A program made the position numbers and the translations under genes. The notes beneath the pieces were generated by a model that saw only the letters and a list, made by a program, of their open reading frames with translations, was not told the DNA's origin and made no database searches. Positions 32,229-41,392 of a stretch of 64,000 nt of DNA are shown in pieces (the stretch's first letter is position 1; each line of letters opens with the position of its first letter). This stretch comes from Bacteroidetes bacterium RIFCSPLOWO2_12_FULL_37_12 (GTDB lineage: Bacteria > Bacteroidota > Bacteroidia > 2-12-FULL-37-12). The DNA is taken from the NCBI GenBank assembly GCA_001769655.1, contig MEPC01000042.1:93125-157124 (forward strand). The letters run 5' to 3'.

Positions 32229-33731
32229 ATGCCCTCCCCCCGCGACCCCCAACTCGAAATTGCTCTCGGAAAAAGCGCCTTGCTCAAATCAAAAGTGCTG
32301 GCAATTTTTTTTGGAATTGTTTGGAGTGCTCAACTAACCATATTAATCGTTTTTACATTTATCTATAAAACGTGGTTCTCTCAGGTCACTTCTGAAATCT
32401 TAATACCCGTTGTATCTTTATTCGGATTAACTTTCTTCGCTGAATTATATTCTTTCTTTTATTTTAAAAAAGTTGTACGGGAAGGCAGAGCGTACGCTAT
32501 TAAAAAAGCATATCCGGTAGTTTTTCTGGAAGTCACTTTCCCTTCACTGATAATGTTTTTCCTGTTGATTCATTTTCCGCAAGGTATCCCTTTTACTAAA
32601 ATGGATTTAATGAACGGTCCACCGGTTTTTTTGTATTTATTTTTTATCATACTATCTGCGCTTTATTTGGACATGAAAATTTCCGTTTTTATTGGAATTA
32701 CCGCCGGAGTTGAATATGCATTATTATTGATTTTCTGGGGACAAGATGTAATTGCAGAAACTTTCGCCCCCTTGCTCTTTTTTAAATCTGTCATTTTTGT
32801 CGTTTGCAGTGTCATTTCCGGCATGGTTTCCATGAAAATAAGGGAAGCCGTTTTATCAGCCATGCGAACTAAAAATGAAATGATTCAAACATTAGATGAA
32901 AAAGTAAATGAAAAAACAAAAGAAATTCTCCTGAAAAAAGAAGAGATTGAAGAGAAAAACAAAAACATCACCGATAGCATTGAATATGCCTCGCGGATTC
33001 AACAGGCAATTCTTCCTGATTCAGGAAAAATAAAACAATTTGTCTCGCAGTCATTTATTCTATATGAACCCAAAGATGTGGTAAGCGGAGATTTTTACTG
33101 GTTTAAAGAATTGCCCGAAAAAGGAAAAGAATGTTTCATCATTGGAGTAGGTGATTGTACCGGACATGGAGTACCCGGTGCCTTGATGGCTATGATCGGA
33201 AACTCTTTATTGCACCAGATTGTAAACGAAAAAAAAGAAATCAGCCCCGCTAAAATTTTGAATCTGATGCACGAGGGAATAAGGAATATTTTGCGACAAT
33301 CGGAGGAAGACACAAGCACAAGAGATGGAATGGATATGGTTTTATGTACCGTAAATTTATCAGAGAAAAAAGTAATATATGCCGGCGCCAACCGTCCTTT
33401 GTTTTACTTCACACAAAATACCTTTCATGAAATTTCTCCGGATAAGTCACCAATAGGCGGATTTCAATGGGAAGAAAAAAGGAATTTTAATGAAACAATA
33501 ATCCCTTTGAATTCCGGTGACACAATTTATCTTGCATCAGATGGCTATCAGGACCAATTCGGTGGCACTCATAATAAAAAGTTTGTAAAAAGAAATTTTA
33601 TTGAATTGCTGGGAAATATTCAAAAACTATCTATGGAAGATCAGCAGAAAACATTATACAAAAATTACAAGGAATGGAAAGGTACGCGGGAGCAGACGGA
33701 TGATGTGTTGGTAGTTGGAATTAAAGCGTGA
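32229..33731 (+). CDS. Membrane-anchored PP2C/SpoIIE-family serine phosphatase (RsbU-like)
   Basis: About 6-7 N-terminal TM helices and a coiled coil, followed by PP2C motifs (SGDFYWF, GDCTGHGVPGALM, DGYQDQFGG). Confidence 0.7.
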   Translation: MPSPRDPQLEIALGKSALLKSKVLAIFFGIVWSAQLTILIVFTFIYKTWFSQVTSEILIPVVSLFGLTFFAELYSFFYFKKVVREGRAYAIKKAYPVVFLEVTFPSLIMFFLLIHFPQGIPFTKMDLMNGPPVFLYLFFIILSALYLDMKISVFIGITAGVEYALLLIFWGQDVIAETFAPLLFFKSVIFVVCSVISGMVSMKIREAVLSAMRTKNEMIQTLDEKVNEKTKEILLKKEEIEEKNKNITDSIEYASRIQQAILPDSGKIKQFVSQSFILYEPKDVVSGDFYWFKELPEKGKECFIIGVGDCTGHGVPGALMAMIGNSLLHQIVNEKKEISPAKILNLMHEGIRNILRQSEEDTSTRDGMDMVLCTVNLSEKKVIYAGANRPLFYFTQNTFHEISPDKSPIGGFQWEEKRNFNETIIPLNSGDTIYLASDGYQDQFGGTHNKKFVKRNFIELLGNIQKLSMEDQQKTLYKNYKEWKGTREQTDDVLVVGIKA

Positions 33732-33736
33732 TTTCA

Positions 33737-36736
33737 CTACTCCATGCTTCTGTAAATTACATCCATTATTTTTGTTCTTACATCCATTGTAATGAGTTTT
33801 TTATTTCCCACATCCGGATGCACCCGGTTTGATAGAAAAATGTAAACCAGCTCTTTATCGGGGTCAACCCAAACGCAGGTACCCGTGAATCCTGAATGTC
33901 CGAATGTATTGGTTGATGCAAGTTCAGAAGTGGGACCATTCCCTTTGGGTTCTTTTTTATCCCAGCCCAATGAACGCCTGCTTACCGGGGTCTTGTAAGA
34001 GTAAAATTCTTTTACTATTCCTTTATTAAAATATCTTCTTCCGCCATAATAACCGTCCTGCAAATTCATCTGCATTAAGACGGCTAAATCATGGATGTTA
34101 GAAAAAAGACCGGCATGACCGGCAATTCCTCCCTGCATCGCGGCACCAGGATCGTGAACAGTGCCACGAATCAATTCTCTGCGGAATACAGTATCCATCT
34201 CTGTTGGCGCCATTCTGTCAAGTGGAAATTTTTTCAACGGATTGTAACCAAGGGTGGATAATCCCAATGGATTATAAAAAGTTCTGGTTAGAAAATTTTC
34301 CATTGGTTCGTAGAGAATATTTTCAACGGCTTTCTTCATGATTTGAAAACCAATGTCACTATAAACATATTCTTTCTTTCCGGTAACGGGAGAATTGATT
34401 GTCCATTTCCAAACGGAATCAGGTAATGAAGGAATCCCTTTCAAAGAGGAAGAAACAGAAATGCCGGAATTTATAGTGTCACCGGAAGGAAAATAAAAAA
34501 CGGGAGATATTTTTCCGGTTTTTTTATCGAGTGTATTTTTCCAATATTCCAGGTAGGCGGGCAACCCGGACTGATGGGTGAGAATATCCACAATTTTCAA
34601 GGTATCTTTATTCGTCCTCTTTAATTCGGGAATATAATAGGAAACGGGTTTGTTCAGATCAATTTTATCTTCGCTTTTCAGATACATAATTGCCTGCAGT
34701 GTGCCTGCCACTTTTGATACAGATGCTATATCATATAACGTGTTTGGTGTCACCTTTTCGAGCGAATCATACGCAGTATATCCAAAACATTTTTCAAAGA
34801 CCACCAACCCTTTTCGTGCCACAAGAACCTGAGCGCCGGGTGTGGCTTTGTTTTTTATGGCATCGTTTGCAATACTATCAATTTTATTAAGACACACTGA
34901 GGACATTCCCACTTCTTCAGGATATCCAACCCGTAATCGTAAATTACTGTTTGTTTTAATTCCCGTTCCATACGAAAATTGCGGAGAGGCAGTAACCGGA
35001 AGCGTTCCCTTTACACCCATAGCGCCAAATAATATCTGAGGAGCTATCTGCCGGGTGTAGTCATTATCCTCATAAGAAAGTAAAAGCCAATGAAAATTTT
35101 CGAGTAGGGTCAAGGCGTAAGGAGTTCCAAACAATACTATGATGACGCGGGTTTTTTGATTCAATTCCTCAAGCATGCTCAATAAACGTTTATCCATTCC
35201 AAAATCCCTGCTTTGAATTTTACCAATCCTGTGTAATCCTACGACCACTACATCAAAATCATCAAGCATGTGCTTCAACGAATCATACGCTATATCAGCA
35301 TCATTTTTCTTCAGTGTAAAATGTGAAAATGGTGCATAATGAGTGAGGGTTTGCTGAAATAAATTTCCTTCCGGAGCGCCTGCAGAAAGAGAGGCGAAAC
35401 GAAAGGTCTCTGGAGATTGAACCGGAAGGAAATCTTTTTCATTTCTGACAAGGGTTTGTGCATCTTCATATAACTGGCTCGCAAATATTTTAGCAGTGGC
35501 ATTATTAAGATTATTAAAAAGATTAGTATCGGGAATGGTTTGTTTTCGTTTTAACCCACACCAATATTTGAAATACAATATTTTTCTGACACTATTGTCT
35601 ATATCCTCACGAAGTAGTGTTCCGTCAGCAACGGCATTACAAATTTCTTTTATGGCAAGAGGGATATTCTCCGGATAAAGCAATACATCGTTGCCTGCCT
35701 GTAATGCTTTTACTTCTAATTTTCCAGGTTCAAAATATTTACTGACTGCTTTCATGTTCAGGGCATCGGTAAAAATCAAACCCTGAAATCTCAATTTATC
35801 TTTTAACAATTCACAAACCACGTTTTCGGAGAGCGTAGTAGAGGAAAACGCAGTAGAATCCATGGTGGGAATATGAAGGTGTGCCACCATCATGCTCATA
35901 AGTCCGTGGTTTATTAATTTCCGAAAAGGAAATAATTCTAAGGAATCAAGACGTTTTACATCATGATTAAGCAGAGGAAGTTCAACATGGGAATCAGCGC
36001 CCGTGTCACCGTGTCCTGGAAAATGTTTTCCATTCGCAATAATGCCATTTTGCTGAAGACCTTCCATATAGGCATACGCTTTATCAAAGACCTCCTCGCG
36101 GGATTCGCCGAAGGAGCGGTCACCAATCACCGGGTTCAGCGGATTACTGTTTATATCAGCAACGGGAGCAAAATTTACATGAATGCCAAGCATTTTGCAC
36201 TGGGATGCAATTTCTTTTCCCATTTCAAAAATTTTACGATTATCATTGATGGCACCCAGTGTCATTTGTCTGGGAAAACTGAGTGTGCTGTCGAGGCGCA
36301 TCCCCAAACCCCATTCTCCATCAATGGAAATAAGCAAAGGAACATTGGAAATTGCCTGCCAACGATTTGTCAATTTTACCTGACGCACAGGTCCCCCCTG
36401 AAAAAAAATCAATCCCCCGATTTTATAATCCCTTATCAGCGAATCAATTTTGAGATTAAATTTTTCGTCTCGGTTAGAATACGCCGCAACCATAAATAAT
36501 TGCCCTATTTTTTCTTCCTCACTCAACGTATTAAAAACACTGTCCACCCAAGGGTGATTTAATTGGGGTTTGAAAAGATTTTTCAGAGTGGATGTATCAG
36601 CGGAATAAGGCATTTGTTCCCATGAAATAATATCCCTGCGTTTTGGTTGGTGAGTTATTTTTTTGGGTACCTTGCAATGAATGAGCAGAAACGTAAAAAA
36701 TAGCAATAAGAAATATTTTGTCTTCTTAAAATTCAT
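33737..36736 (-). CDS. GH3 (NagZ-like beta-N-acetylhexosaminidase) fused to a class C beta-lactamase/PBP-like serine hydrolase; lipoprotein
   Basis: GH3 motif KHFPGHGDTGADSHV in the N-terminal half and the beta-lactamase SxxK motif (ASVSKVAGTL) in the C-terminal half. The probable start is the Met at 36736 (MNFKKTKYFLLLF..IHC); the track's 36802 start is a TTG inside a hairpin. Confidence 0.7.
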   Translation of the reverse strand: MNFKKTKYFLLLFFTFLLIHCKVPKKITHQPKRRDIISWEQMPYSADTSTLKNLFKPQLNHPWVDSVFNTLSEEEKIGQLFMVAAYSNRDEKFNLKIDSLIRDYKIGGLIFFQGGPVRQVKLTNRWQAISNVPLLISIDGEWGLGMRLDSTLSFPRQMTLGAINDNRKIFEMGKEIASQCKMLGIHVNFAPVADINSNPLNPVIGDRSFGESREEVFDKAYAYMEGLQQNGIIANGKHFPGHGDTGADSHVELPLLNHDVKRLDSLELFPFRKLINHGLMSMMVAHLHIPTMDSTAFSSTTLSENVVCELLKDKLRFQGLIFTDALNMKAVSKYFEPGKLEVKALQAGNDVLLYPENIPLAIKEICNAVADGTLLREDIDNSVRKILYFKYWCGLKRKQTIPDTNLFNNLNNATAKIFASQLYEDAQTLVRNEKDFLPVQSPETFRFASLSAGAPEGNLFQQTLTHYAPFSHFTLKKNDADIAYDSLKHMLDDFDVVVVGLHRIGKIQSRDFGMDKRLLSMLEELNQKTRVIIVLFGTPYALTLLENFHWLLLSYEDNDYTRQIAPQILFGAMGVKGTLPVTASPQFSYGTGIKTNSNLRLRVGYPEEVGMSSVCLNKIDSIANDAIKNKATPGAQVLVARKGLVVFEKCFGYTAYDSLEKVTPNTLYDIASVSKVAGTLQAIMYLKSEDKIDLNKPVSYYIPELKRTNKDTLKIVDILTHQSGLPAYLEYWKNTLDKKTGKISPVFYFPSGDTINSGISVSSSLKGIPSLPDSVWKWTINSPVTGKKEYVYSDIGFQIMKKAVENILYEPMENFLTRTFYNPLGLSTLGYNPLKKFPLDRMAPTEMDTVFRRELIRGTVHDPGAAMQGGIAGHAGLFSNIHDLAVLMQMNLQDGYYGGRRYFNKGIVKEFYSYKTPVSRRSLGWDKKEPKGNGPTSELASTNTFGHSGFTGTCVWVDPDKELVYIFLSNRVHPDVGNKKLITMDVRTKIMDVIYRSME

Positions 36737-36780
36737 CGTTGTAAAAGTACTGAATTTTTTCTCCGTTTTCATTAAAAAAA

Positions 36781-36822
36781 ACCTCCCCCAGCCCCTCTCC
36801 AAAAAAATGGAGAGGGGTGAAC
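36781..36822. repeat. GC hairpin element CCCCAGCCCCTCTCC-A7T-GGAGAGGGG, copy 1
   Basis: A 9-bp perfect stem with an A-rich loop. A near-identical copy lies at 37141-37180. Confidence 0.6.
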
Positions 36823-36870
36823 GAACGCCTGGATTTACATCACATTAATCTGTAAATCATAATTTTCATG

Positions 36871-36878
36871 TACATTTG
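36871..36878 (+). promoter_or_regulatory. -7 box TACATTTG within the shared AATTTTCATGTA(A/C)(G/A)TTTG motif
   Basis: The same extended motif is found at 37221-37238 and 58001-58016. Confidence 0.4.
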
Positions 36879-36882
36879 AAGA

Positions 36883-37116
36883 ATGAAACTCCCGTCATTA
36901 TTCCCACTTCCCAAAAACAAGAAATTTGATTATCAGCCCAGATACTTTCAGGAAGAAAAAGATTCTATGACAGAGGAAAAACAAACTATGAGTGGACTTT
37001 TCAGGAAAAGAAGACACCTTTTCAATTTCCGAAAAGAAAAAATCAAAACCTCAGCTATACGAACACTAATTTTTCTGATTTTGCTCATAGGATTGTTTTT
37101 TTACCTGCTGAAATGA
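36883..37116 (+). CDS. Small basic membrane protein. The true start is likely the internal Met at 36967 or 36988.
   Basis: The C-terminus TSAIRTLIFLILLIGLFFYLLK is a predicted TM helix. The ORF is flanked by two copies of the GC hairpin element, and the promoter box sits so close that the first ATG falls at or before the transcription start. Confidence 0.3.
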   Translation: MKLPSLFPLPKNKKFDYQPRYFQEEKDSMTEEKQTMSGLFRKRRHLFNFRKEKIKTSAIRTLIFLILLIGLFFYLLK

Positions 37117-37140
37117 AATTTTTTATTATTAAATCCTACC

Positions 37141-37180
37141 TCACCCCAGCCCCTCTCCAAAAAAAGGAGAGGGGCGAAAA
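37141..37180. repeat. GC hairpin element copy 2, CCCCAGCCCCTCTCC-A7-GGAGAGGGG, followed by an A/T run. Probably the terminator of the small ORF.
   Basis: 37150-37158 pairs with 37166-37174, and cgaaaaatttgttgaatttttt follows. Confidence 0.55.
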
Positions 37181-37230
37181 ATTTGTTGAATTTTTTATAC
37201 AGTTTATGTGAAATTCAAAAAATTTTCATG

Positions 37231-37238
37231 TAAGTTTG
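37231..37238 (+). promoter_or_regulatory. -7 box TAAGTTTG (aspC promoter), part of the conserved AATTTTCATGTAAGTTTGCGTA motif
   Basis: Exact TAnnTTTG match about 23 nt upstream of the TTG at 37261. Confidence 0.45.
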
Positions 37239-37260
37239 CGTATCCAATTAATCCTATTCC

Positions 37261-38479
37261 ATTGAAAACACTCGCACACCCACAAACGCTATCGGACCGG
37301 ATTGAAAACCTTACAGAGTCACAGACGCTTGCCATGTCAAAAAAAGCGCGTGAACTGATTGCAAAAGGAGTTGATGTCATTAATTTAAGTTTGGGGGAGC
37401 CCAATTTTCCTACTCCCGAACCCATTGTAAAAGCCGCGATGGATGCCTTGCAAGCCCGCAAATACACCTATTATACACCCGTTAGCGGATACCTCGATTT
37501 GAGAGAAGCAATTTGTGAAAAATTCAAACGTGATAATGAACTTTCGTTTACGCCGGAACAAATTATTGTTTCTACCGGAGTGAAACAATCAGTAGCAAAC
37601 GTAATTTTAAGCGTGATTAATCCTGGTGATGAAGTGCTGATTCCTTCACCTTACTGGGTGAGCTATAATACGCTCATACAATTAGCAGAAGGGGTTTGTA
37701 AAACGATACCTTCTTCCGTGGATACTCATTTTAAAATAGATCCGCAACAAATTAAAGATGCTATTACACCCAGGACACGCATGCTCATTTTTTCATCTCC
37801 CTGCAATCCATCGGGCACTGTTTTAAGCGAGAAAGAATTAGCCGCCTGGGCTGAGGTTTTAAAAGAACATGAAAACATTGTAATTGTTTCAGATGAAATT
37901 TATGAATATATTAATTTTACCGGCAAACATCATAGTATAGGAAGTTTTCAAGAGTTGCGTGACCGGGTGGTGATTCTGAATGGTCTCTCAAAAAGTTATG
38001 CCATGACGGGATGGAGGTTGGGATACATGGCGGCGCCGTTATGGATTGCGAAAGCGTGTGAGAAAGTGCAGGGGCAGGTGACATCCGCTACATGCTCTAT
38101 TACCCAGCGTGCCGCTATAGTGGCACTGAAATCAAAATTAAGTGAAACCGATGATATGCTGAAGGCATATTTAAGAAGGCGGGATCTCATGGCAGGATTA
38201 TTAAAAAAAATTCCCGGATTAAAATTTGACATTCCACAAGGAGCGTTTTATATTTTTACGGATGTGAGCAGTTACTTTGGAACACATTGGAATGGAAAGA
38301 AAATTTTATCGGCTGAAGACATGAGTTTTTACCTGCTCGAAAAAGCGCATGTGGCATTAGTACCCGGCGAAGCATTCGGGGATCCCAACAGTATCCGGTT
38401 TGTATATGCCGCTGAGGACGAGAAAATCTGCAAAGCAGTGGATCGGATTGAGAAAGCGTTGGGGGAATTGAGGAGATGA
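37261..38479 (+). CDS. aspC: Aspartate/aromatic aminotransferase (class I PLP-dependent)
   Basis: Has LSDRIENLTESQTLAMSKKARELIAKGVDVINLSLGEPNF, NPSGTV and the PLP-lysine motif LSKSYAMTGWRLGY. The track ORF starts at a GTG at 37208, upstream of the promoter box, so I place the start at the TTG at 37261. Confidence 0.8.
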
Positions 38480-38495
38480 TTATCAAGTTTTTTTG

Positions 38496-38849
38496 TTATT
38501 TTGTTTTCAATTTCAAAAAATCTCCGTCCACAATAAATAATTTTACCCCATTAATTGAACGTGTACGGTGCGAACTTAATTCATCCGACACCTGATACGA
38601 CATTCCTTTCATTAATTTAAATACGCTACCGTCAGCAAGTTCTGTGTCCATTTCTCCTTCGATGCAATAAATGATGTGCCCTTTTTCGCACCAATGGTCT
38701 GCCTTGTAATTTTGGGAATATTCAACCATTCTTATTCTCAGTCCTTCGAACTGAAGGGTTTTCCAATAGGCAACTCCGGTTTCTCCTTTGTGTTCAGTGG
38801 TGGGAATTTTGTCCCAATCTGTGAGCTGAAAAGGTATGTTTTGGATCAT
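38496..38849 (-). CDS. Cupin-fold protein
   Basis: 117 aa with an HWCEKGHIIYCIEGEM...G..F metal-binding-like cupin pattern. Confidence 0.45.
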   Translation of the reverse strand: MIQNIPFQLTDWDKIPTTEHKGETGVAYWKTLQFEGLRIRMVEYSQNYKADHWCEKGHIIYCIEGEMDTELADGSVFKLMKGMSYQVSDELSSHRTRSINGVKLFIVDGDFLKLKTK

Positions 38850-38927
38850 GTGGAATGAGGTGTTTAAGGATTCTGATTAACGTTTCTCTTTTGTATTTTG
38901 TGAAACGATGGTTGAGTATCAGTGTCA

Positions 38928-39458
38928 CTATTTATGAATCACCACCTCGGAAGTTCGCACACGGTTGCTGATGTGCTTAGCCAGATCCTGAATTTCCACT
39001 TCAAAAAGAATGGTGTCATTTACGCTTAGGCGGGTATCATTGGCAAAAATGTCAAACACATCTATAAAACCTTCCACTTGCCTTTTTACTCCGGGTTTTG
39101 AAATACCCTCGGGTAATCGGAACTCGTATGGCTCTGCAATAGAGTTGGTGTCGGGAAAGGATCCCGTGTCAATTTTCATTTCAATAAAATTTCCTTTTAC
39201 CTTTCTGAATTTAGTCAGAAAAATATCAGCGTCACCGATTTGGTCGGTTGGATACCCTAAGTCACCATCTCCATCGGTAAAGGATAATGTAACTTTTACC
39301 ACAGATTCAATTCCCTGATTATTCCTAAGCACTTCAATCTTTTCAAACTTCAAAGCGGGAATCACAGAGAAATCGGGCGTTTCGATGCAGGAAGTCGTAA
39401 CTATAAAAATTGTCAGGGAGAGTAGCCACAAATGACCACGGAAATAAAAGGTTTTCAT
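38928..39458 (-). CDS. Hypothetical lipoprotein
   Basis: Signal plus lipobox (IVTTSC) and a DGDGD motif. No family assignment. Confidence 0.4.
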   Translation of the reverse strand: MKTFYFRGHLWLLSLTIFIVTTSCIETPDFSVIPALKFEKIEVLRNNQGIESVVKVTLSFTDGDGDLGYPTDQIGDADIFLTKFRKVKGNFIEMKIDTGSFPDTNSIAEPYEFRLPEGISKPGVKRQVEGFIDVFDIFANDTRLSVNDTILFEVEIQDLAKHISNRVRTSEVVIHK

Positions 39459-39525
39459 GTCTGACAGGGTTGATTGTTTTACAAATTTACGTGAAAATTT
39501 TGTACTTTTGTAAATAAATATAATA

Positions 39526-40017
39526 ATGCGTCCGATTGCAACTTCTAAAAAAAATAAAAAAAGTGTATATGTTGAAACATCCGTAATCAGTTATCTTGTG
39601 GATGAAAGAATAAAAATCAGATCCTTTATTGAAATAACTACACGTTGGTGGAATACCCAGCGCAAATACTATATGACATTTATTTCTCCTGAGGTTATTG
39701 CCGAACTCCAAAAAGGAAATTACCCGAATAAAACAAAGGCAATAGAACATGCTTTGACTATTCAATTAGTTGAACGAAAAAAGGAAATTATTGATATTGC
39801 CTCTATTTATATGAAAAATTTCCTTATGCCAAAAGAATTAATTGGCGATGCAATGCACCTTGCTTATGCTTCCTATTTTAAAATTGATTTTTTATTAACT
39901 TGGAACTGCACTCACTTAGCAAACGCCAATAAAAAAGAACATATCCGTATATTAAATTCAAGATTAAATTTATTTGTCCCGGAAATCATTACCCCTATGG
40001 AATTATTTATTGATTAA
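39526..40017 (+). CDS. PIN-domain protein (VapC-like)
   Basis: The N-terminal VYVETSVISYLVDE and C-terminal DAMHLAYASYFKIDFLLTWNCTHL match the PIN acidic-residue pattern. Confidence 0.45.
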   Translation: MRPIATSKKNKKSVYVETSVISYLVDERIKIRSFIEITTRWWNTQRKYYMTFISPEVIAELQKGNYPNKTKAIEHALTIQLVERKKEIIDIASIYMKNFLMPKELIGDAMHLAYASYFKIDFLLTWNCTHLANANKKEHIRILNSRLNLFVPEIITPMELFID

Positions 40018-40035
40018 ACTTAAATATCTTTATAC

Positions 40036-40195
40036 AATGGAAACAACAATTTTATTAAAAGAAAAGTGGAGGGTTCAAAAAGAATTAGCTGAAAGTGCTG
40101 GTTACAACCTTACAAAATATACTGTTTTAGTAGATAGTATTGTAAAGTATGTAAGACAAAAGTATAAAAAGAAAAACAAAACAGGATTTCAATAA
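40036..40195 (+). CDS. Small ORF (53 aa) immediately downstream of the PIN gene. Possibly a cognate partner.
   Basis: METTILLKEKWRVQKELAESAGYNLTKYTVLVDSIVKYVRQKYKKKNKTGFQ, located 18 nt after the PIN stop. Confidence 0.25.
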
Positions 40196-40335
40196 ACTTC
40201 CTCGTAATACCGTTCAGTTTTCATACCATATACCTTATACCTTCCATCAATGACCGCTTTTAAACAACAACTTGAAAAAGAAAAAGCAGAAAAAGTTGCA
40301 AAAGAAGTCAAACAGCGCAGGATAACCTTGAAGGT

Positions 40336-41373
40336 TTGGATTATTTTAACAACCAGATGATGCACCATCCATTCAATCCCGAAAAATTTTTTAAAAATCT
40401 CCCTTCCACCCATTCCGGCGATTTCGAAAAAAATGCCCTCGCCCTGTTTGAATTTCAATTTGAACATAACAAAGTTTACAGGGAATATTCACAACGAATT
40501 GGAAGGCCACCCGAACAGGTAGATTCATTAATGAAAATCCCTTTTCTGCCAGTTCGTTTTTTTAAAACGCACCCGGTTTTCTGTGGTGACGTACCCTTTA
40601 CAAACTATTTTCTCAGTTCCGGAACAACCGGCACTCAACCTTCAAAGCATTACATCAAAGAGATTTCATCTTATTTAACGAACTGCGTGCGCTGTTACAA
40701 CTATTCCTGGGGCGCATTAGATAATTATAGTATTCTCGCTTTAATTCCATTATTAAAAAATAGAGAAACATCATCCTTAGTCCACATGGTAGAACATTTT
40801 ATTCAACTATCCAACGATAGTGTTTCCGGTTTTTATTATGAGAATGAAGAATGTCTTGCTGACTTATTATCACATCCCACAGGAAAATTCCCTGCTAATA
40901 AAAGAATAATTCTGCTCGGTCTTAGCTACGCTTTGTATGATTTTTTTTATAAGCACCCCATACATTTTCCGGAATTGATTCTTATGGAAACCGGGGGTAT
41001 GAAAGGGAGAAAAAAAGAAATGACACGGATGGAGTTGCATGAATTTTTAACAAATCAAACGGGTGTGCAAAAAGTATATTCTGAATATGGCATGACTGAA
41101 CTTATGTCACAGTCCTATATAGTGCCCCCAAGCTTTTCTTTCTCTCCCCCACCCTGGATGAAAATTCTTATTCGCGATATCCATGACCCCTTCCATTTTC
41201 TATTGGAAGGCAAAAGAGGCGCAGTAAATGTAATTGACCTTGCAAACATACATACCTGTGCTTTTCTCGAATTGGACGATTTAGGGATTATAGACCCGGA
41301 AGGTAACTTTCAGATTCTGGGCAGGATGGACGAATCTGACTGGCGAGGTTGTAATTTGATGATTTTTTCTTAA
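40336..41373 (+). CDS. LuxE-like acyl-protein synthetase/adenylating enzyme
   Basis: Contains FLSSGTTGTQPSKHY and METGGMKGRKKEMTRMELHEF, resembling the LuxE acyl-protein synthetase family. Confidence 0.5.
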   Translation: MDYFNNQMMHHPFNPEKFFKNLPSTHSGDFEKNALALFEFQFEHNKVYREYSQRIGRPPEQVDSLMKIPFLPVRFFKTHPVFCGDVPFTNYFLSSGTTGTQPSKHYIKEISSYLTNCVRCYNYSWGALDNYSILALIPLLKNRETSSLVHMVEHFIQLSNDSVSGFYYENEECLADLLSHPTGKFPANKRIILLGLSYALYDFFYKHPIHFPELILMETGGMKGRKKEMTRMELHEFLTNQTGVQKVYSEYGMTELMSQSYIVPPSFSFSPPPWMKILIRDIHDPFHFLLEGKRGAVNVIDLANIHTCAFLELDDLGIIDPEGNFQILGRMDESDWRGCNLMIFS

Positions 41374-41392
41374 TTTTACCGATTCTTTACCC

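Noticed and set aside
35963-36499. 178-aa plus-strand ORF inside the GH3/beta-lactamase gene
   Set aside because: It is antisense to a motif-supported CDS and has no recognisable motifs of its own.
36802-36802. Track start codon (TTG at 36802) for the GH3/beta-lactamase gene
   Set aside because: It falls in the loop of the GC hairpin. A Met at 36736 followed by a lipoprotein signal peptide is the more credible start.
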